A stretch of DNA of 64,000 bases from contig NC_092671.1 in the NCBI RefSeq assembly GCF_964355755.1, positions 26,610,070 to 26,674,069 of the forward strand, in the 5' to 3' direction. Each line of letters begins with the position of its first letter. Positions within the stretch are counted from its first letter, which is position 1. Source of the stretch: Antedon mediterranea. Taxonomy: Eukaryota; Animalia; Echinodermata. Under the pieces are notes generated by a model, which saw only the letters and a list, made by a program, of their open reading frames with translations, searched no databases and was not told where the DNA came from. The position numbers were made by a program, and so were the translations under genes. Positions 28,501-39,800 of the stretch are shown here, one piece after another.

Positions 28501-31500
28501 TAACCTTTACTCTACTGTATTTTAAAGGAACACAATTCGTCTAACAATGGTAGAAGAAACGCTGCTTTTGTCGACGTCAACACCTGAAGAAAAGTCAGAG
28601 TGGCTATGGTGTATTAATCACGCCATTGACACAGTCCTCAATAACAGACTCTCTCTAGACAAACCTGACAGTGCCGCGCCCCCATCACCATTCATGAGCA
28701 ACGGACAGCGTGTCCCTCCAAAGCTTCACAGAAATGGCTCTTATAAGTTTATCTCGCATCCTAAATTCAAAGATGCTACATATGATGGCGCATGGTGCCT
28801 TGGGAAACCTCATGGAAGGTAAAGTTTTTAAATTGAGTACATTTATTCATCAAATGGACACTACAGATTGATGTAAATTAGATGGTCCATCTAGGTCGTG
28901 CCCACAGATGGTTCTCGAATACACATAAATTCAGCGTAAAAAAACTGGCGATTTCAAATGTACGTACCACAGGACTATAAAATACATGTTTACAGAAACG
29001 AATAAATAGACATGGTGATTTGTATGTAGTCAACTAAAATTAACACCCTGGGAATTACTTCCGAAAAAGAATCTATCACAAAATGAGTTCAACTTTTTGT
29101 GTCAAATTTAAACAAACCCAATTTGTGTTCTGTGAAGGATGGGGAAGAGGATGGGTGCAAAGAGGAACAATTTGTTTAATATTATATTCTTTTATCCTCT
29201 CAGTAACGAAATGTTTGTTTTCATGTTTTATAAATAATATACCAGTAAATAATTTGTTGGAACTGTCACGGTCATAGACGACTTGCAATAGTCGACTGTA
29301 ACTAACAGTTTGCTAATATTTTAAATCGAATAGTAAAGGTCATGTAACGATACACCACTACGATGTTTATATTTTTTGTAATTATTAAGTAATATACACG
29401 TTGATGAGAAGCAACTGTCAGTAACGAAATATTTGTTTTCATTATTGTTTTATAAATAATATACCACTAAACACTGTAAAACGTAATTTGTTGAAACTGT
29501 CACTATCATAGTCGATTGAAATAGTAAAGTACATGTAACAATATACCACTACAACGTTTAAATTGTTTTGTAATTGTTAATACAAACGTTGAGAAGCAAC
29601 TGTCAGTAATTGTGATGCTGTATTCGAGCTGTTTATTACCAATTTTTAGCTATTAAAAACAATTATCAAAGGAGGAGGAGATAGGAAAATGCAAAGCATC
29701 TTCGTATTATTGTGTGCTGGTATTTTTCAGCATCGACATCCGTTAGGGGTGTTTTTCGATCATGGTATGTATACGCTGTGTTGAACCTCAATTCGCTTTA
29801 ATCGTCAATAACTAATTATCTAACTCAACTTAATTAGTAAACAGGTTACAATAGGTGGTTTAAGTTAATGTTGAATGTGTGAACCAACTTTATATACCAT
29901 TAAGTACAAATTCTAGAAGTAATGCGCGATTTACTGAATTTTGCACTTGCGCAAATTTATACATAGATAACAGAACTTCTTTTTTTTTTTAGAGGTAAAC
30001 TTACCTGGCCTGATGGAAAGTTTTATCATGGTAACTTTGTACATGGTGTCCAGCACGGGTAAGATTATTTTTTATAGTACATAATATATATATACAAGAT
30101 AAAGTGAATTAATTGACCCTAAATGCTCACTACATGTACATGAAAATGAACTCGATACAAAGTAGTCACCTTTTCCAGTTTGAGGACTGTTCCATTATTT
30201 TGATAGGGTTGTTAAAGATTTTATTATTTTGATAAAGTATTCTCTCCAGAGAAAGAGAGCTATTGTTGGTTGATATTCAGGGAGATGGCACTCATAGGTT
30301 ACAAACATAACTGTTTGGTTTTTGACGATTACATATTATTGAGTATCATTTTACTTCTTTTGTTTATTATAGGTATGGTATCAGCAGTATTCCTAGTATT
30401 GATGGAAAGGGTTACAATGAAAAATATGAAGGCCAATGGTTAGAAGGCAAAAAAGAAGTCTTTGGTAGTCTTAGGTAATTATTATTATTAATAGTGCTAG
30501 AACTGTCACCATAATAATATACATTGTTATATTTAAAAATGTATTATAACTACTAAACTATAACTGTACTACCAAGCCATTGCTAACTAGTCTTGTAGGT
30601 TCATGATTACAAAAATACATTCTGAAGATTCTCTATAAACTTACCCAACCTTATAATTCCCACCATCTCACTCCTATTTATTAAAAATACTGTCAAGATT
30701 TGTATGAAACATGCCAAGCAATGAAATAGTCACCATGCAGGGAGGATCCGGAATTTTGAAATAGGGTAGGGTAGGGTCCAGACACTAAGTATTTGAGCCA
30801 CATGCTTTCTATGGTGCAGCCGGTGGTGAAATGAATTTAGGTAAATGACACCATAGATGGTCGGAAATAAAAATGGCACCTCCCACTAGTTTAGTTGGCC
30901 CGGAAATACTCATATGTATCGAACCTAAATTCGTGCCTGCCATTGTGATATGATTCAGTATGTTATCATCTGCAGGGCAGATTATGTTTGTTATGTTTAT
31001 TTGATAGGACGATTGTGGGTCACATGGTGTGCAATAGTATACAAATAATTAATGTTTATGAGTGCAATGGTACAAATAATGGCACGAGGTGAATGATGAA
31101 AGGTTATATCAACGAGGCAAAGCCGAGTTGATATAACCTTTCATCATTCACCAAGTGCCATTATTTGTACCATTACACGAATACAAAACATTCATTATTT
31201 GTTTTATATAACATCTAAATAACAAACAAAAATGTTTCAAAAAGTACTATTTAACGATCGTTGAATAGTGCGTACTATTGCACGCCATGTGACCCACATT
31301 CGTCCAATCAAATGACAGGAATTTATATAGGTGTTATATAATACCAACTATTAAACGATCGTTTAATAGTACTTTTTTTTAAACGAAATTTATAGCCATG
31401 CTGAGCCTAGCTGTGCTGGGCCAGACGAATATATATCGCACGGATGAACTGAAAAAGAAGGAAAAACCAGCCTTGCTGGGCACAGCCGGGCCGGGCCGGA

Positions 31501-32073
31501 CCAGGCCGAGACTAACCTAGCTGCTAGTCTGGTAGGGTCGGGCCTAACCTAGCCTAGCCTAAGGCCGAGTTTAGCCTAATATAAATAAAATAAAAATAAA
31601 AAACAGAAATGAACCAGAAAAGGCCAAGGATGCAGCGTGTATGAAGCAAAATCTCCCCTTCTAGTATGGTTAATATGTCACAAGTCACACACAAGTCACA
31701 AATCAGTTTATTTTGATCCATAAATAAAACTAAAAAATACAAAGCAAAAAATATACAAAAGGACCAGGGAGACTTCCATTAAGGCCAAAAGCCGCATGCA
31801 TGGAAGCCACCCGAACATTTTAAATAATATATAAGTCTGTATATGGTTAAGATCAGATTTACCGTCATCATAAACAACGTTTATTATACTGCAAGTAATG
31901 TTTCGAGGCATCTGTGTGATATGCTCGACGCCACCACCCACTGTGCGGACAAGCCGTAATCCCTCAGATGGTAGCATCGCATCACTGGCTTCTCAACCAA
32001 GTGCATGAACCAACGGTCTAAATCTGCGGTTACTCTCATACTGAGCAGGATTACTGTAGCCACGACCTTTCAT

Positions 32074-32128
<55 letters not shown>

Positions 32129-32231
32129 ATTAGTTGGTGAACAATCCAACATTTGGCAAATTCTGCTTGGCAATGATAGGAAGAGCCGACATCAAAGAAT
32201 TAAAAAGCGATGTCGCTATGAACGCTTGGCT

Positions 32232-32267
<36 letters not shown>

Positions 32268-35200
32268 TACCTCTTGCTTAAAACTCCTAAAATCAAAACG
32301 ATCGAAAGGCCATGCTTTCACAGTCTGTATTCATACTGAAAATCAAAATCTCTACTGCTCTACGAAAGGTTTCCGTCCTCGCTGAGCTCGCCTTAGGACA
32401 CCTGCGTTACCATTTGACAGATGTACCACCCCAGTCTCCAGAGCGGGTTGCGCGACAAGTCGCGCTTAACGCTAGAATCATGGACCCGGTGGGCCCGCTT
32501 CCCGCATCACCCGATAAGTAAAGAGACGAAAGTAGTGGTATTTCACCGGCGGCGTGAGCCTCCCACCTATTCTACACCCCTCATGTCTCTTCACAAGGTC
32601 AGACTAGAGTTAAGCTCAACAGGGTCTTCTTTCCCCGCTAATTCTGCCAAGCCCGTTCCCTTGGCTGTGTTTTCGCTAGATAGTAGATAGGGACAGTGGG
32701 AATCTCGTCCGTCCGTCACTAATTAGATGAAGAGGCATTTGGCTATTGGATGTCCGTGGACATTACACGTAATAAAGCTGTACCGTGTCGTGTAGGCTGG
32801 AAAAAAAAAGTGAGTGATGGGGTGTACTTGGCGCGCAACTGAGTGTGGTGGAATCACAGAGAGCTTCGCTCCGATCGTTGATGCAGCCGTCACCCGTATC
32901 ACACACGCAATTTAAGGGGCGTGACTCTCAGGGAGACATCTCCCACTCGCTGGGATCGGTTGCTGGGCTACCGATGGCTCCGAACAGTTGTCTTAGTGTT
33001 TCATAAATGCATTGAAGTATGTATAGAGCCTTTTTTTTTCGGTTTAATTCCACCGTATCGCTTCTTGTTAAATGAAACGGCTCCGGGAGCACCGAAGATG
33101 CATCCTTCTGCAGATACGGTTAAGACTTTGTGCAGTTTCTTAATAGCGTCGCACATCATTGGGTACCGTACTTTGTTTCTTTGCAGCCTTGGGTTTTGGT
33201 CAGTGTGTTACTGTGTGCTTTGTATGGGACGGCGATGTCTAGGATGTATGCGTGGTTCGAATTTGTATCTATTGCAATGATGTCTGGTTTCAAGTTGCCG
33301 GCTGTTGTAGTAATCAGAGGTTCTATGTGTATGTTTTCGCTTCCGTAATGTGTTTGCAGAAAGCGTACAATTTGGTTGCATATAGTGTTATGTCTTTTGA
33401 TCCTCTCGTTCTTGACGACCGGGCATCGCTGCAGTATGTGGGATGTAGTCTCGGTTGACGATTTACAATGGCGACAGGAGGTATTGCCGCCTGTGTATGA
33501 AAGGTTATTCCTACACGAAAGAGTTTTGGCACGAAGAGCCAGCGCCTTCGTATAGTAATCTTCCTTCAAGATGTTGGGGTTTTTCATCCAGTTTGTTGCA
33601 GCAGGATGGTTGAAGGCCTCACATCCTTTACCTTGTCTGGTGATCTTATGTTGACGTTGTCTTTCTTTGAATGTTTCGCTAATTTTTGCAATGACTGTCT
33701 TGTTGTCTGCTTCAAACTCCAGTAACTTTAAAGCACCGGCGGTCTTTCTCAGCTGGTTCTGGATGATGTTCGACGCATACAGTGATTTAATTGCAATTTC
33801 ACTTGATTTTTGTCCTAGATATTTTGCTGTTTTTCGATTAGAGGAATGATTGGGATGGTGTTCTCATTTACTCGCCAATCGATGTCGTCATAGGAATTAG
33901 TTTCTTGACATGACGGACTCTGACTCTGTTAGTTTTGGTACTTTCCATTACCGCAGATTTTGTTGCGTTAATTTTCATGAATCTTTTGTTGAAGAAACCG
34001 CTACAGTGTGAGAGGTGTGTCGAGAGGCCTTCTTTGCTTTCTGCAAGGAGGACTAACTCATCGACGAAGGCGAAGGAGTTGTGTTTGGATTGATATCCTT
34101 CCAAACCAATATGAGTCGGTGAGGTGTCAAGAACTTCGCCCAGAACTAAATTGAATAGGAGTGGACTTGTGTAGATGTCGGTGTACATGGAGGAAGTGTG
34201 TGTAAGCAATAGCGGTGTCTGGGCCTTCGTTGTGTAAAGGAACATTGTTCAGAATGTGTCTGGCTAAAGTATGTTTGCTTCTACCATACACGTATTGGTG
34301 TATGGGATAGAGAACTTTCTTCTTTTGCCCACGAGACGCGTCTTCCGGGACGTTTGGTATGTTCTGTTGTTTACGCGGATATTTACGTTTTTCGCCAGTA
34401 AGTGACTAAGGTAAGTCTAGGGTGTTGTTGGTGTTTAAAGCAGTTTCGATTAGCATCATTAGGGAGTCTTAAATTTCAGAGGTATCGGCCTCTTTGACAA
34501 TAGGTTCTACTTCTGGTCTTTCAGTTTCGTTGCTTCGGATATCTGCCTGAAAAGATATGACCCATGTCTTTATAGCTATCCTTCTTTCTCTGGATTCTGT
34601 ACTTTGGTATTCAGAACTTTCTTAATTTCCATATTAATGAATTTAGTCGTCGGGGGCAGATTAGCTTCTATACGGGCCATTATTGCCACGTCTTCGTTTG
34701 ACCATCTGTTTTTCAACGATTCCGCCACACTTGGAGCATGAATAGCTGATGGACGATCCGTGGTTATTAATGTGCTTCCGTATCTTTGGATGATTGGTCA
34801 CATTCTTCTTACACAAGGCGCATGTGTATGTTGAAGTGTCCGACAGGTATATCAATGTTTTTATTTATTTATTTATTTATTCAGGTATAAAACACATATA
34901 CAAAACAGCAGCCATTGGCATGTTATGTCAATAGCGCTTCCATGTCCGCGAGGGTACATCTATATATAAATTTACGTAAGGGCAAAATTCGGTAAATCGC
35001 GCCTTACTTTTAGAATTTTTACTCGATGGTATATAAAGTTGGTTCGTACTTTCGGTACTGATTTTAACCACCTGATGTAACCCTGTTTACTAATTAAATT
35101 AAGTTAGATAATTAGTTATTGACGATTAAAACGAATTTAGGTTCAACGATTTGCCCCAAATAGGGGTGTTTTCCGATCGTGGTATACACTGTCTAATGGA

Positions 35201-36785
35201 TGTCCATCTTGAAAAATACCCGCCACAAAAATGCGAGGATACTTCGCACTTTCCTATCTCCTCCTACGATAATTATTTTTAATAGCTGAAAACCGGTTGA
35301 ACAGCTCGAGTACAGTATCATAATGTTGAAGACAGGCCGATTTTCTTAAAAAAATACTATTTTGATAGATTTAATATACGTTTATACAAATGTATTGATT
35401 TGCGATGAATGGAACATTCCAATCTCTGTGTCGTTCCACAAGTGTCTATTCCCTCAGGCGTCGTAAAGGAAAGTACTGTATACTCATAACAGAAATTCGA
35501 TCCATTTTTTTTTTCAATCTGTGCTGCAGAGGTTGGATATAATGTTTTTTTTTACGGATAATGAGCTAGTGCTAGCGTTTTCAGTCGCCGTATATTATGT
35601 ACAAATCTTTATTATTGCAGTTCAACCACCCACATCATCACCCTTCCCTCACTGGCATGAGTAGCGTTCCCGGTAGCGTTGTAAAGCCATAGTAGAGCAC
35701 GATAGGCCTATACGGTGCATCATATGCCCTAAACGCAAAACAACTTTGGTGGGTAGGGTAGGAACCAACTTAAGTATGACTTGGCTCTAAGAAACAATTG
35801 AAACCCATTAGGCCTACTAATTAAGTTGAGTTAGATAATTTAATATTTATTGACGATTAAATCGAATTTATGATTTTCCCCGAACAGAGGTGGTTTTCAC
35901 AAATTGTTTTACATTATATAAACATACACGTTGTAGTGATGTATCGTTACCTGTACTGCTATTTCAATCTACTAGGACGGTGATACTGATAGTTTCAACA
36001 AAGTATTACATCGCAATGTTTTACTGTGTTTAGTGGTATATTATTTGTAAAACATGAAAACAATTAATATTTTGTTACTAAATGGATAAAGCATATATTT
36101 AAAAATTGTTCCTCTTTGCACCCATCCTCTTCCCCATCCCTCAACCCTAATGTTACATACAAAACACAAATTAAGTTTGTTTAAATTTGACTTAAACATA
36201 TTGGTCTCATTTTGTGACAAGTTTCTCTTTCGAAAGTAATTCCCAGGGTGCTAATTTTAGTTGAGTACATAAATCAGTGTCTATTTATTCGTTCCTGTAA
36301 ACGACATGTATTATTGTACGTACATTTGAAATCGTCAGTTTTTTAACGCTGAAATTATTATGTATTCGAGAACCATCTGTGGGCACGACCTAGATGGTAC
36401 GCGAGCGAAGCGAGCGTACCATCTAGTTTTTATAAAATTCTTTATTAAACAAAATAATTTGAAAAAAAACAGAAACAGGATTTGTCAATATAAAAATATA
36501 CAAACACTATATTTACAGTCCTGATAAAGGCGCTTGGTTTTGCGCCAATGGATTCATGATGGTACAACAATGCGGCTGTATCGATGGATACGCCGCACTG
36601 GAGAATTGGTTTTAGATTAGCCTGTCCTGTCTAAGTCGCCCGAAGTGTGAGAATGCAGTTCAGCTGCTAGCTGGTGTAGACGTTACCCAGGGTGAACCGA
36701 AGAATTTGCTAGGAGGCTTATAAAATATAAGTTTAGAGCATTGTATAAATTCTCTGACGTGAAGGTATGCATTCGATCACCCCAC

Positions 36786-36818
<33 letters not shown>

Positions 36819-39800
36819 TGCTTCGTTGAATTTCTTAACTTTGACATTCAGAGCACTGGGCAAAAATCACATTGTGTCAATGCCATGGTTGTGGACATCG
36901 CAATGCTTTGTTTAAATTAGACAGTCGGATTCCCTTATCCGTACCAGTTCTAAGTTGACTATTTGGCCCCGGCCGAAGCGACCCCGAAAGAACGCCAAGC
37001 CAGGAAGGTCCACGGAATGGGCCCGGCACTAGTCACGGCACACACCCGGTCCCACTTCACTTCCCGGCCCGACCGACCCAGCCCTTAGAGCCAATCCTTT
37101 TCCCGAAGTTACGGATCTAATTTGCCGACTTCCCTTACCTACATTGTTCTATCGAGCAGAGGCTATTCACCTTGGAGACCGGCTGCGGTTATGGGTACGA
37201 GCCGAGGCAATAATCAGTCGGTGTCTCTCGAATTTCCAAGGGCCAACGGAAGCACACCACACACCGCAAGAGCCGCGGTGCTTTACGGGCCCGCAGCCCC
37301 TATCTCCGGGCGAACCGATTCCAGAGTGCCCGACCATTACAAAGAAAAGACAACTTATTCCGTGGCTCCCGCCAGCGTCTCCGAGTTCATTTGCTTTGCA
37401 GCACTGGCTGCACGGGGCAGCGCCTTCTGCCTTCGGGTTAAGGAATATTGACCCAATTCCCTTTCGCACGAGAGGCCTATGCCACCGCTCGGAAAGGAAC
37501 TACCCTATAGCTTAGGATCAACTGACCCATGTGCAACGACTGTTCACATAGAACCCTTCTCCACACTTGGCCCTCAAGGCTCTCACTTGAATATTCGTCT
37601 GGGATTACCTCCCAGGCGGGGGTTACCTCCTCTTCCCCGACGCCCGGGTATAGGCGGCACGATCAGCGCCATCCATTTTCATGGATTTTTTCATACTATT
37701 GCTTTTGAAATACAACAGCGCCACCTATTTTGTACTTTCGCCACGATTGAATGTTATGACTGGTTTCGCGATGGAAGTACATTTTTGGAGAGATATATAT
37801 ATGTACTAATTACTAAGATCAAAAAGGCATTTAAATCAGCTTTAGATCGTTTGTAGGATTTTGATTAATTATTGGGAACATCTCAACAAGCGTAGATGAG
37901 TTCCAGTTGCCTGTCGAAGTTTTGTATTTGGTATTGCAGCAATTGCTGCCTTTCAACCTAGCTAGTAGGCCTAGCCTAGGCCTGTTAGTATTAGGCCAGG
38001 CCTACAAGTTTTAGCTATAGTAGGTGTGTTTTTAAAATCCATGTAAATATATATTATTAAAAACCAAATGTTACTGTTTTAATCAATGTGAATCAAATGT
38101 AGGCCTTGGAACTTTTATTTTATAAAACAAATAATGTTTTATATTTGTCATCAACTTGGCTTCGCCTCCGTGAAATATAACCTTTCATCATTTGCCATTA
38201 TTTGTACCATTACACTCATAAACATTCCTTATTTGTATATTATTTGAGCACTGTTTTAAGGTAATTTCGTTAAAATGTCAAGTCAATTACTAGACACCGA
38301 GGCTTATACATACAGTAGTTATTGGTTGACTAGCCTCATTTTTATTTATATGCCATGCTAGTAAAATTAGAAAGTATTTGATTTTATACCATAGCTGTCT
38401 TATTTTTTATTTATTTATAATTATATATAGCACCAATTCTTATATTTTATATTTCATCAACAATTTCTTATTATTTCAATATTCCTTTAGGTACCATAAT
38501 GGAGATATGTACATAGGTTGTTTCACTGATAACATGCGCCACGGACATGGTGTATTAGATTGTAGATCCCCCTCAAGTTTATACATCGGGGAATGGCAGA
38601 AGGACAAGAAGCAGGGTTATGGTGCTATGGAAGACAGTCAACGAGGGGAGAAGTACATGGGTGGTTGGCAGGATGGGTACAGACATGGAAAAGGGCTTGT
38701 TATCACTCTTGAAGGCCTCTATTATGAAGGAAACTTTTCACAGAATAAACTCACAGTACGTGTGTTGGTATTTGGATCTTATCATTTCATCATAATTAGC
38801 TGGTTACATATTGTCTAACATGTTGATTATATTGTAAAAATGAATATTGTAATTAGCAAAAGTATTAATAATTGTCCTTAACTGAAAACTGAGTAAATGT
38901 TGATTGGTCCCTCAACGGGCCCACTGCAGCCAGCAGTGCAGCGCCTACCAGATCAGTACACTAGTAGACGATCCCTACTATTTTCGAATAGTGTACCAAG
39001 TTCCTTAACATGCACACAGGATCACCAGCTTTATGTCCCATCCAAACGATGAGACAATAAGAGTAAGGCATCTTTCCTAAATACACACTTTGTATTGTTA
39101 AGATAGGCTCGAACCCATGTATATCTCGTGTTAGTCCGATTCCTCTATCATTACACCATTACCCTTCGGTCCATACAGCACCCGTCACACTCCTGAACAA
39201 TCTCTCATCCGAGAACTCAACTGGGCCCACTTTCCTTAACACCGGTTCTCGTCAGATCACCGGTGTTTCAATGCAGTATGGCAGTGGGACAGAACACAGT
39301 GCTTGGAATAAATTGATCTATCTTTGATATGAATTTGTTTGTATTAGGGTGTTGGTATTTTAGCAACAGAAGATGGCACTTGTTATGAGGGAGAATTGTC
39401 ATCTGGTCCCACACTAAATGGCAAGGTAAGTTGAATATTAATAGGTAAACAATTAAAAGGAAGAAAAAAGCCCCAAAAAATAATATTATAATAATTTGTT
39501 GGACCTTAGAAACCTCTTAGGAAAATTTACAACATTTATGTACTTTCAATGAAGTTATTATATTATACTTGTGACTGCAAACAACTGAGCTGAGTTCCAG
39601 AATAGCAGCTACTGTATCTATCATCTTGTGTAGGGTTCAAACTTAAGTGGATGGCTGGTTGCATAAATTTGTTTTCCTATCATGTCAGAAGGTTATTTGT
39701 TTGGCCGAATGGTATAGATATTAATCAATGGAACTGGAGCCCTGGGTTTGCCATCAACAACATCCAAGTTTTTTCAATAGTTGAGATAGATCATTTAGAG

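Larger units (their letters stand above)
32746..36785 (-). mobile_element. R2: R2 non-LTR retrotransposon, internally deleted, inserted at the canonical 28S site
   Basis: 3' junction ..GGACATCCAA|TAGCCAAATGCC; 5' junction GGGAGTAACTATGACTCTCTT|GTGGGGTGA. Remnants: C2H2 finger CALC..HINNH (34661-34855), Myb-like [37 protein letters not shown] (33868-34245), CCHC knuckle [17 protein letters not shown], and RLE KPDII..LDIAVP (33156-33587). Confidence 0.93.
30999..38239 (+). mobile_element. Putative hairpin-terminated element enclosing the 28S::R2 cassette
   Basis: The 5'-end motif of the family lies at 30999-31039 plus 31342-31380. The 3' body and decayed hairpin of the same family, in the same orientation, lie at 38041-38239 (reverse complement of 49943-50210). 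Confidence 0.45.

Noticed and set aside
32134-32690. Plus-strand ORFs over 28S (also 37122-37856)
   Set aside because: Spurious antisense-rRNA translations.
33156-34855. Active R2 ORF
   Set aside because: Fragmented by stops, frameshifts and large deletions; the RT catalytic motif reads FVDE instead of (Y/F)ADD.
31952-37683. Functional rRNA gene or rDNA contamination
   Set aside because: Partial, internally deleted, sarcin-ricin loop mutated, no 18S or 5.8S nearby, and embedded between in-frame ALS2 exons.
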